A stretch of 64,000 bases of DNA from Aggregatilineales bacterium (GTDB lineage Bacteria > Chloroflexota > Anaerolineae > Aggregatilineales > Ch27). Under the pieces are notes generated by a model, which worked only from the letters and a program-made list of their open reading frames with translations, was not told the origin of the DNA and did no database searches. The position numbers and the translations under genes were made by a program. Where the stretch lies: positions 8,897-72,896 of the forward strand of contig JARKNX010000177.1 in NCBI GenBank assembly GCA_029976025.1, in the 5' to 3' direction. Positions within the stretch are counted from its first letter, which is position 1, and each line of letters starts with the position of its first letter. This document shows, piece after piece, positions 1 through 7,498 of this stretch.

Positions 1-64
1 CCGCGACCGGCCCGATATCTGGGACTACCCCGCCGACCTGATCCGCTACGCCTCAAGCGCCGGG

Positions 65-1381
65 ATGGCCCTGGGCAGTCTGATACATCCGATCGCCGGC
101 GGACTGGCGACAATCTTCATCGGGGTGGCGCTGGCCGTAGCGCTGTGGCTGGGAGTCCTGGTCACCGGCCTGCTGATGATCCTGATCGGCCTCTTCAACC
201 GCGCCCAGGCCGCCCGCTACCGGATGTCCTTCCGCTGCCCGAACTGCCACGAGCAGATGAGCGTGCCCGTCATCATCTGCCCGGTGTGCGGGGAGCGCCA
301 CACCCGCCTGTGGCCGAGCGTCTACGGCGTATTCCGCCATACCTGCGTCTGCGGGGAGCGCCTGCCCACGCTGGATCGCTTCGGGCGGCGGGAGCTGGTG
401 CAGCGCTGCCCATCCTGCGACCACGTCCTCAACAAGGCTATTGGCCGGGCCACCAACATTCATATCCCTATCGTCGGCGGCCCGTCGGCGGGCAAGACGC
501 ATTACCTGACGGCCTGTGTCCGCGAGCTGATGCAGTCTTACGGCCCGGCGCACCGGCTGTCCGTCACCATGCCCGACGAAGCCGACTACCGCGCCTACCA
601 GACCAGCCTGGCGCTGCTCAACCAGGGCCAGCAGTTGGGCAAGACCACAGTCGAACAGGGCGGCCACACCCGCGCCTATAACCTGCAAATTCGCCGCCGC
701 CGGCAGCGCATCCCCACCCTGCTCTACATCTATGATGGCGCGGGTGAGTATTACACCGACCAGGACAGCGCCGCGCAGCAGGTTTACTACCGCTATGTCA
801 CCGGCTTCATCATGATCGTAGATCCCTTCACCATCGAGGGCGTGCACCGGCAGTACGCCGATCGCCTGCAGGCCGCCGGCACAACTCTGGCTGTGAACGC
901 TCAGGAGCGGCTTTCGGGCATCTATGAGCGGATGCTGGAAACGCTGGAGATTCATTACGACTTGCAGCCGGGAGTGCGCTTCCCCCACCCGATCGCCGTC
1001 GTGCTGACCAAGCTGGATGCCTTCGACTTACAGGAGCGTATCGGCGGACCCGCGGCCCGGCGGGAGATGGCCCGCAACCCCGACCTGCACACCGAGGAGC
1101 AGGCGATTCACGCGCTGGTGCAGCGCTTCCTGATCCGGAATGGCGAGGGTAACCTGGTGCGGAATCTGTATGCGCAGTTCGAAGCCGTGCGCTTCTTCGC
1201 CTGCTCCTCGACCGGCCGCATCATCCGGCCCGAGGATCACCGGCCGCTGACGCCGGAGCGCGTGCTGGACCCGCTGCTGTGGCTGCTGGCTCAGACGAAT
1301 GTCCTGCCGGCGGCGAAGCCAACCGCCGCCGGGAACGGCAGTTCCGACAGCCCGCCTGAAGGCCAGATGAGCGCGCCATAG
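65..1381 (+). CDS. Membrane-anchored double zinc-ribbon / TRAFAC-class P-loop GTPase (possibly 5'-partial)
   Basis: 438-aa ORF. N-terminal hydrophobic hairpin (IFIGVALAVALWLGVLVTGLLMILIGL). Cys pairs CPNC..CPVC and CVC..CPSC. Then Walker A GGPSAGKT, G3 YIYDGAGE, G4-like LTKLD and G5-like ACSS. The same frame stays open and GC3-rich back to nt 2, so the real start may lie upstream of the window. Confidence 0.7.
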   Translation: MALGSLIHPIAGGLATIFIGVALAVALWLGVLVTGLLMILIGLFNRAQAARYRMSFRCPNCHEQMSVPVIICPVCGERHTRLWPSVYGVFRHTCVCGERLPTLDRFGRRELVQRCPSCDHVLNKAIGRATNIHIPIVGGPSAGKTHYLTACVRELMQSYGPAHRLSVTMPDEADYRAYQTSLALLNQGQQLGKTTVEQGGHTRAYNLQIRRRRQRIPTLLYIYDGAGEYYTDQDSAAQQVYYRYVTGFIMIVDPFTIEGVHRQYADRLQAAGTTLAVNAQERLSGIYERMLETLEIHYDLQPGVRFPHPIAVVLTKLDAFDLQERIGGPAARREMARNPDLHTEEQAIHALVQRFLIRNGEGNLVRNLYAQFEAVRFFACSSTGRIIRPEDHRPLTPERVLDPLLWLLAQTNVLPAAKPTAAGNGSSDSPPEGQMSAP

Positions 1382-1382
1382 C

Positions 1383-2324
1383 CTACAGGTCGAAACAGTA
1401 AATCTCTTGATTCGCCCCTTCTGGCTCCACATCAGCGCCCAGCAGGCGTTCTGCCCCCTCCGCCACGACAGCATCCAGACGGCGGTAGCCGAGCTTGTAA
1501 GCCTGATCGCTGACTGCGGTCATCATGGGGCCGGTTGGCGGAGTCGCCGACCACAGATACACGCTGGTCCAGCGCGGCTCATAAGGGGACTGGGCGTACA
1601 TCACGAAGAACGGACTCCCGGCCACCATGAAGCGCAGCCGCTCAATCCGCTGTTCGCGCAGGCCGGGGACCGCTGCCCACAGGTCAGGCCAGCGCGTAAC
1701 CCATTCCTGCCAGGCGCTCTGCCGGCGGCCAAGCGGCATTGCCCACCCCCGAATCTGCGCCGGGGACGACTCCAGATGGGGGACGGCCTGGTAGAACACC
1801 TGCCCGGGGCGCGCCGGCCAGTTGATATGCCGGCTGCTGGACAGGAGCCGCCAGTCCACCCCGGCGTAGAATTCCTGCGCCTCCGGGCTTGCCAGGCACA
1901 CGCGCTGGCATTTCAACTCCCGCGCCAGGGCCGCGCTGTACTCCAGTAGCGCCCTCTCCACCCCCTGTCCCGCCCGGTCAGCGTGGACATAGAGCACCGA
2001 AATATGCAGATGATTCCCGAACGGGGGCGGCTCTTCGCCGTGGAACGCCTCCGCATGACCCACCACCCGACCATCGACTTCCGCCACAATCGGGAAGCCG
2101 GCCCCGCGCAGGAGATGCGTCAGGTGCACGGCGCAGGTCTCCACGCTCATCCAGGGACCACCGTGCAGCCAGCGCTCAAACAGCGTCAGCCGGCTGTAGG
2201 GCACATCTTCTACATCGCCCTGCTCATTGAGGCGTTGCCAGCGCTCAATTGCAGCGGTGTGAAGGGCGGCAATCGCAGCGGTGTCATCCAGGGTTGCCGC
2301 GCGCACAAGCAGAGAATCCATCAT
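1383..2324 (-). CDS. GNAT-family N-acetyltransferase with C-terminal extension
   Basis: 313-aa ORF. N-terminal ~160 aa has GNAT features (VRAATLDDTAAIAALH; acetyl-CoA motif-A-like region VHADRAGQGVERALLEYS). Last gene of a co-directional run with the two genes upstream. Confidence 0.7.
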   Translation of the reverse strand: MMDSLLVRAATLDDTAAIAALHTAAIERWQRLNEQGDVEDVPYSRLTLFERWLHGGPWMSVETCAVHLTHLLRGAGFPIVAEVDGRVVGHAEAFHGEEPPPFGNHLHISVLYVHADRAGQGVERALLEYSAALARELKCQRVCLASPEAQEFYAGVDWRLLSSSRHINWPARPGQVFYQAVPHLESSPAQIRGWAMPLGRRQSAWQEWVTRWPDLWAAVPGLREQRIERLRFMVAGSPFFVMYAQSPYEPRWTSVYLWSATPPTGPMMTAVSDQAYKLGYRRLDAVVAEGAERLLGADVEPEGANQEIYCFDL

Positions 2325-2367
2325 AGTCTCATCATTCTGTCATACATAAAAAACAGGTACAGCGCAC

Positions 2368-3645
2368 TCACAGGATATCAGCCATGCCGATGCGCGGCTC
2401 TCGCTTGGGGAACAGCACGCGCAGCAGATCGCGATGTACCTCGTTGTAACAATCCGGCGCAATATCATCAATGGTGAACCAGCCGGTGACCAGCCGGACA
2501 AAGTCTGTACCCGGCAGTTCCAGCGTGACATGCTCCGTGCCATAAGCGAACGTCATATCGGCGTAGACATCGCCGGTCGTAATGTGCAGGTGGAAGCCCC
2601 GGCTGTTGAACCGCGACTCCGCCAGGCGTTCTTCGAGCGTCGGCTGGAGCAAGGCTGCCAGCGCCGGCAGATCGTGCAGCCGCAGGAAAGCCGCGCCGGT
2701 GAAATCGCGCCGCGCCCCGCCGTGGGCGATAATATGGCGCATCAGGCGGCTTTCAGGGTGGATAAACACGCCGATGCGATCGGCGTCGTAGTCGCTGGCC
2801 AGTTGGGCCGCCGCCCCCAGCAGCGCCTCGGCGACGTCCGGGTCCTCCCCGGCGCTCTCGATAATGGAGAAACGGGCCGCTTCGGCCTCGCGGAACCAGT
2901 TGATCTGGCCGGAGCTGACCATGCGCACGTACCCGCACAGGTTGCCGTTGCGCTCCGCCACCAGAAAGTCGTCGCGGTCATAGCGCCCGATCTGCTGCAA
3001 AAAGGAAAGCTGCCATTCCCACGCGGCGATATCGCGCTCGATCAGGTAGTGCCCGGCGGCGGCTTCGGCGTTATAGAGCGCCATGACGGCGGGCAGATCG
3101 CTGTCGCCATATGGGCGGACTTCCACTTCGCGCTGGGTGATGCCCAGATAAGCCGCGGCGCGGCGCTGATAGCTGTGCCTTGTATCCCACTTCCCGGCCT
3201 GAAGCGCCAGTTCCGTCTCTATTTCAGATTCAAAACTGGTCAGGTACAGCCCGACGGCATACTCGTAGTCCCAGCGCTCGTAGAAGTTGGGGATGCCCAG
3301 GATCAGCCCCAGGACATCCCCGCGCTCGCTCATGCGGGCCAGCGCCCGATCTATCAGCGCGCCGGCGTATCCCTGCCCCCGGTATGTCTCCAGCGTGCCT
3401 ACAACACCGATCTCGCTGGCCGGGATCGCCGCCTGGCCGATGCGCAACGTGCGCGGAATCAGCATCGTATGCGCCGCAATCTCGCCGTTCTCTCCATCAA
3501 TGACGAAGCAGTCCGCCGGGTCAAAACCGGGGAATTCCCCGTACCACTGCATCAGGAAGTCGCTGTCGCCGGGGCCATGAACCAGCCGGATGTGCTCCGC
3601 GACTTTATCGCGATCCGCCGGCCAGCGAACATTACGAATCAGCAT
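2368..3645 (-). CDS. Eis-like GNAT acetyltransferase (GNAT + second GNAT-like + SCP2-like C-terminus)
   Basis: 425-aa ORF. Core IGVVGTLETYRGQGYAGALIDRALARMSERGDVLGLILGIPNFYERWDYEYAV matches the pattern I recall for Eis / Acetyltransf_9 proteins, and the ~400-aa three-lobed length fits. The start overlaps the stop of the upstream ABC-F by 14 nt. Confidence 0.65.
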   Translation of the reverse strand: MLIRNVRWPADRDKVAEHIRLVHGPGDSDFLMQWYGEFPGFDPADCFVIDGENGEIAAHTMLIPRTLRIGQAAIPASEIGVVGTLETYRGQGYAGALIDRALARMSERGDVLGLILGIPNFYERWDYEYAVGLYLTSFESEIETELALQAGKWDTRHSYQRRAAAYLGITQREVEVRPYGDSDLPAVMALYNAEAAAGHYLIERDIAAWEWQLSFLQQIGRYDRDDFLVAERNGNLCGYVRMVSSGQINWFREAEAARFSIIESAGEDPDVAEALLGAAAQLASDYDADRIGVFIHPESRLMRHIIAHGGARRDFTGAAFLRLHDLPALAALLQPTLEERLAESRFNSRGFHLHITTGDVYADMTFAYGTEHVTLELPGTDFVRLVTGWFTIDDIAPDCYNEVHRDLLRVLFPKREPRIGMADIL

Positions 3646-5299
3646 TGGTGCGCGTCCTCAGGTATTCCGCCCGATCGATATACAGCCGCACCCGGCCATC
3701 CTCCGCCACCCACAGGCCCGTAGCGAAGCGATCCACGAAGTAGCGATCGTGGACGACAGCCAGCACGCTCCCATCATAGGCAGTCATGGCCTGCTCAAAC
3801 CGTTCTCGCGAAGGCACGTCAAGATGATTGATGGGTTCATCCAGTATAAGCAGATTACAGCCCTGCGCCACTAACAGCGCCAGCATCAGCCGCGCCCGCT
3901 CGCCAAAGCTCAACTCGGCCACCGGCACGAATACATCATCCCCGGCGAAGAGGAAGTAGTGCAGGAAGGATCGCGCTTCCGTCTCTGACATGGGCGCGGT
4001 CGCCAGGATGGCCGCCAGGGCGTCCTCGTAAGGCGCGAGCGTGTCCTGCTCCTGCGAGAGATAGCCAGGCCGGGTGCCGGGCCCCAGCCGCACCTCGCCG
4101 GCCAGCGGCGGGATGATGCCTGCAATCGTCCGCAAGAGCGTGGTCTTGCCCACCCCGTTAGGGCCGATCAGGGCGATGCGCTCCCCGGCGCGGAGCGTGA
4201 GCGTGATGTCGCTCAGCAGCGGCGTCCGGGCGGAATACCCGACGGTCAGGTTTTGCAGCCGGAGCGCTTCCTGGCTGCCCGGCGGCATATCGGCAAAGTC
4301 CAGCTTCATTTGCCAGTCAAGCCGGGGCTTCTCAACGCGCTCATCGGAAGCCAGGTAGCGATCCAGCCGTTTCTCTTTGGCTTTGGCGCGGCTGGCGACC
4401 TTTCTGGCGTAGCGGCGCTGAGTGCTGTCGCGGGTGGCATTTTCCTTGCGGACGGCTTTCGCCATCGTCTGCCGGGCGTCCCGTTTGAGGCGCTCCGCCT
4501 CCACTACCTGATCGCGCCACTGCCCCCACTGCTTATCCCGCGCCCGGATCACTGTCTCTACATAATCGCTGTAGTTCCCGACGTAACTCCTGACGCTCTT
4601 CTCGACCGGATCGAGCGCGACAATGCGCGTGACCGTCCGATCCAGGAAGGTCCGGTCGTGGCTGACCAGCAGGGCCGCCGCGGGGTAGCTGGCCAGCCAG
4701 TCCTCCAGCCACTCCAGCCCGGTGATATCCAGATGGTTAGTCGGCTCGTCCAGCAACAGGAGCTGCGGCGCGCTGATCAGCAGCCGGGCCAGCCCCAGGC
4801 GCGTCTTCTGCCCGCCGCTCAGCAGCCCCACCGGCGCATCCAGGTCCAGATGATCGAGGTTCAGGCCAGCCAGGATGGGAGCGGCGGCCTCCTGATCGGT
4901 CGCCGCATCCAGATCGGAGAGCTGATCGAGCGCCCGGGCGAACGCCTGCTGAGTGGCCCGATCGTCCGGGCGGTCGGCCAGCGCCGCGCTCAGGCGCTCC
5001 AGTTCGGTCTCCAGGGCGGCCATCTGCCCGGCCTGCGGATACAGCACATCGCGCACGGCAGCTTCCGCCGCCAGCTCCAGCCCCTGCGGCAGGTAGCCGA
5101 GCCGCAGATTGCCCGGCGTCAGGCTGATATGGCCGCCAGTAGCGCTTTCTTCACCGGCGATGATACGCAGGATCGTGGTCTTGCCACAGCCGTTCGGCCC
5201 GAGCAGGCCGACCCGTTCCCCGGCGTTGACGGTGAAGCTGACATTGGCGAAAAGGAGGGTATCCCCGTAGCGTTTCGTGAGTTGGTGAACAGCAAGCAT
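3632..5299 (-). CDS. ABC-F family ATPase (ribosome-associated; no TM domain)
   Basis: 555 aa with two ABC cassettes. Walker A GPNGCGKT and GPNGVGKT; signatures LSGGQKTRL and LSFGERARL; Walker B LLLLDEPTNHLD and LLILDEPINHLD. A long Arg/Lys-rich interdomain linker (RDKQWGQWRDQVVEAERLKRDARQTMAKAVRKENATRDSTQRRYARKVASRAKAKEKRLDRY) separates them. Confidence 0.9.
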   Translation of the reverse strand: MLAVHQLTKRYGDTLLFANVSFTVNAGERVGLLGPNGCGKTTILRIIAGEESATGGHISLTPGNLRLGYLPQGLELAAEAAVRDVLYPQAGQMAALETELERLSAALADRPDDRATQQAFARALDQLSDLDAATDQEAAAPILAGLNLDHLDLDAPVGLLSGGQKTRLGLARLLISAPQLLLLDEPTNHLDITGLEWLEDWLASYPAAALLVSHDRTFLDRTVTRIVALDPVEKSVRSYVGNYSDYVETVIRARDKQWGQWRDQVVEAERLKRDARQTMAKAVRKENATRDSTQRRYARKVASRAKAKEKRLDRYLASDERVEKPRLDWQMKLDFADMPPGSQEALRLQNLTVGYSARTPLLSDITLTLRAGERIALIGPNGVGKTTLLRTIAGIIPPLAGEVRLGPGTRPGYLSQEQDTLAPYEDALAAILATAPMSETEARSFLHYFLFAGDDVFVPVAELSFGERARLMLALLVAQGCNLLILDEPINHLDVPSRERFEQAMTAYDGSVLAVVHDRYFVDRFATGLWVAEDGRVRLYIDRAEYLRTRTNADS

Positions 5300-5389
5300 A
5301 GCTGTGGCGTCCTTTCCAGATTCAGCGCGGGCGCCACCTGCGGCAGGAGGCGGGGTGAATACCCCGGGCGGCCAGCTCCCTGGCCGGGC

Positions 5390-5422
5390 AACAAAAAGCC
5401 GCAGGCAGACACGCCCGCGGCT
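5390..5422 (-). terminator. Intrinsic terminator/attenuator hairpin in the ABC-F 5' leader
   Basis: Minus strand reads AGCCGCGGGC-GTGTCT-GCCTGCGGCT followed by TTTTTGTT: a 10-bp stem (one G-U), a 6-nt loop and a U-tract. It lies 91 nt upstream of the ABC-F ATG and downstream of a consensus promoter. Confidence 0.7.
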
Positions 5423-5554
5423 GTTGTTGGTGATGTTATCGACAGAATCGCAGTCTGAGGCTCGAAGGCTCAGCCCCGAACAAACGTCGGAGGAGATTGC
5501 TCCGGCGAGCCATAAGTCCGGGTAACGTCACGGTTCAAACGCGCGGCGCGTCCT

Positions 5555-5578
5555 TTAACGAGTCGTTACGCGGAACAT
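5555..5578 (-). CDS. Candidate leader peptide uORF (MFRVTTR) of the ABC-F leader
   Basis: Minus strand reads AGGAGG-GTGCGC-ATG TTC CGC GTA ACG ACT CGT TAA. Strong SD with 6-nt spacing and 7 sense codons, located between the promoter and the terminator. Confidence 0.45.
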   Translation of the reverse strand: MFRVTTR

Positions 5579-5610
5579 GCGCACCCTCCTGCTGCACCAA
5601 TACTACCGGT

Positions 5611-5640
5611 ATTGTAGGGTCAGGCGGCATGATATGTCAA
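5611..5640 (-). promoter_or_regulatory. sigma70-type promoter (TTGACA-18 nt-TACAAT) driving the ABC-F leader
   Basis: Reverse complement of 5611-5640 is TTGACATATCATGCCGCCTGACCCTACAAT. It sits immediately downstream of the stop of the acidic-protein gene. Confidence 0.65.
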
Positions 5641-5661
5641 CGGCGATTCAGCCCGCCGCCA

Positions 5662-5916
5662 TCATCCGTAGCGATCATCCTCCTCTTCGTCGTATTCGTC
5701 GAATTCCTCTTCGTCTTCGAACTCGAAATCTTCTTCGAAGTCGAGGTCTTCCTCATCATCAAAGGGGAAGTCCTCATCCTCAAGGTCGAAATCCTCATAT
5801 TCGAGTTCGTCTTCGGGTTCTTCGAACAGTTCGTCCAGTTCGTCGTCTTCGGACAGGTCCCAGTCACGGCCGTCATCCGGCTCAAATCCATAATTGAACT
5901 TGCGGCGGGGATCCAT
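5662..5916 (-). CDS. Extremely acidic small protein (84 aa, 48 Asp/Glu)
   Basis: An internal ATG at 5916 is preceded by GGAGGATAACC (SD). The longer 173-aa track ORF would overlap the upstream aminopeptidase gene. Product: MDPRRKFNYGFEPDDGRDWDLSEDDELDELFEEPEDELEYEDFDLEDEDFPFDDEEDLDFEEDFEFEDEEEFDEYDEEEDDRYG. Confidence 0.6.
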   Translation of the reverse strand: MDPRRKFNYGFEPDDGRDWDLSEDDELDELFEEPEDELEYEDFDLEDEDFPFDDEEDLDFEEDFEFEDEEEFDEYDEEEDDRYG

Positions 5917-6127
5917 GGTTATCCTCCAATCCGGTTGTGGCGATGAAAGGCATCGATCAGCGTGCGCTGACGCACACAAGATAGAATCAACCGGCCACGC
6001 TGTCAACCGCCGATCTCCGCGATTTGCAGCTCCGGCTATCACCTGTGCGTCGTGCGCTATAACCAGCATATACCAAAAGACGATTCGATAGTCTGTATAT
6101 TCGCCAGCGCACCTGTTTCCCGGCGGC

Positions 6128-7231
6128 CTAGATGACAAAATCGCCGTCTTTGTAGAACAGATCGCCGTCCACGTGAATCTCACCGCCGCCGCGCATATCG
6201 CAGATCATATCCCAGTGAATCCCCGACTGGTTGATACTGCCGGTCTCCGGATAGCCCGCGCCAAGCGCCATATGAATCGTGCCGCCGATCTTCTCATCGA
6301 ACAGGATATTGCCGGTGAATTTCTGGATGCCAAAATTGGTGCCGATGGCGCACTCGCCCAGGTAGCGCGCCCCGGAATCCAGATCAAGCTGGCTGAGCAG
6401 AAATTCCTCATTCTTGCTGGCCCGGGCCTGCACCACCTTGCCGGCTTCGAACGTAAGCTCCACATCCTCCACCGAACGGCCGCTGTAGATCGCCGGGACG
6501 GTGAAGCGCACCCAGCCGTTAACGGAATCTTCCACTGGCCCGGTGAAGATTTCACCATCGGGCATATTGTGATCGCCGCTGCAGTTGATAAAAGCGCGAT
6601 CCTGCACAGACAGCGATAGATCGCAGTTGGCGCTCCGGACCGTGACCTGCTTCTTGCCCCGGAGCCAATCCACCATCTTCTGCTGGCGGGCGGCCAGCGC
6701 TTCCCACTGCGCCACCGGGTCGTCCTGATCGACAAAGGTGGCGCCAAAGACGAAATCCTCGTACTCGCGCAGGCTCATCTCCGCCTCCTGGGCGCTGGCC
6801 TGCGTCGGGTACTGCGTCAGCACCCACTTCAGCTCATTGCGGGCGGCACGGGCCATATAAGTCTGCATCAGCTCGCGCCGGGAAGCCTGGCGGCGGGCCT
6901 GTTTGGCCGGAGCCACGTTGTTCATAGCGCGGGTGTTGTTGGTCGCCCGCAGATTGATCATCGAGTCAAGCTGGTTGAAGAGCAGCGTCTCAGCGGGGGA
7001 CACCCATTCAAGCTGGGCATCGCTCGCCTCTTCATACAGGATGGAGGCCATGTCCTCGTCGTTCAGCATGACCATCGGGTGCGCGCCGGCGCGCAGCACA
7101 GCCCGATACACCTCGCGGGCCAGCGGCACGGCCGCAACTTCCGCCGTCACCATTGTCCATTCGCCGGGCTGCAACTTCAGGCTGTAATTGACCAGCACAT
7201 CGGCCAGCCGGGTCAGCCGTGGATCAACCAT
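6128..7231 (-). CDS. M29-family aminopeptidase (AmpS/PepS/aminopeptidase T-like)
   Basis: Motifs typical of M29: LADVLVNYSLKLQPGEW at the N-terminus and ILFDEKIGGTIHMALGAGYPETG..GIHWDMICDM near the C-terminus. The ATG at 7231 is preceded by AAGGAG with 6-nt spacing, so it is preferred over the GTG at 7252. Confidence 0.85.
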   Translation of the reverse strand: MVDPRLTRLADVLVNYSLKLQPGEWTMVTAEVAAVPLAREVYRAVLRAGAHPMVMLNDEDMASILYEEASDAQLEWVSPAETLLFNQLDSMINLRATNNTRAMNNVAPAKQARRQASRRELMQTYMARAARNELKWVLTQYPTQASAQEAEMSLREYEDFVFGATFVDQDDPVAQWEALAARQQKMVDWLRGKKQVTVRSANCDLSLSVQDRAFINCSGDHNMPDGEIFTGPVEDSVNGWVRFTVPAIYSGRSVEDVELTFEAGKVVQARASKNEEFLLSQLDLDSGARYLGECAIGTNFGIQKFTGNILFDEKIGGTIHMALGAGYPETGSINQSGIHWDMICDMRGGGEIHVDGDLFYKDGDFVI

Positions 7232-7498
7232 TTCGCGCTCCTTGTCTTGCACCAGAATCGGATAAGGTCCGCCCGGTGGGTGCGGTCACCGATCTCTTGA
7301 TCGGAGAGGATCAGCCATGTCCCACTTTATTATACGATGCCCCCGGGGAAAACCGCCGAAAACCATACCCTATTTGCTCCGGCCCTGCTACCTCGCTTAT
7401 ACTGGAAACGGCTCGTACAGGGTTCTCATAGGGACAGCGTTACAGGGATCACGATACCCTGCCGCCATCGAGACCGACGCCCTGTAGAAAGGTGTACC

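Noticed and set aside
5300-5661. Known riboswitch or structured ncRNA (cobalamin, TPP, SAM, 6S, SRP, RNase P) in the 360-nt spacer upstream of the ABC-F.
   Set aside because: None of the signature boxes I know (B12 box, the TPP riboswitch CUGAGA core, GAGGAAAGUCC of RNase P, the SRP GGAA tetraloop helix) is present. The promoter / uORF / terminator reading explains the region better.
5497-5946. 149-aa plus-strand ORF with the striking FVVFVEFLFVFELEIFFEVEVF sequence.
   Set aside because: It is the antisense reading of the GAN/GAR-rich acidic-protein gene. It has no SD, and the minus-strand gene has a GGAGG SD and a sensible context.
7337-7498. N-terminal extensions offered by the ORF track. 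Examples: TIR ORF from 7337; 35419-35685; 40953-41138; 12006-12179; 37827-38087; 38957-39013; 32417-32515; 42696-42809; 5917-6183.
   Set aside because: In each case the internal start has a good SD and/or begins exactly at the conserved domain or signal peptide. The extensions are low-complexity, overlap neighbouring genes or cover promoter elements.
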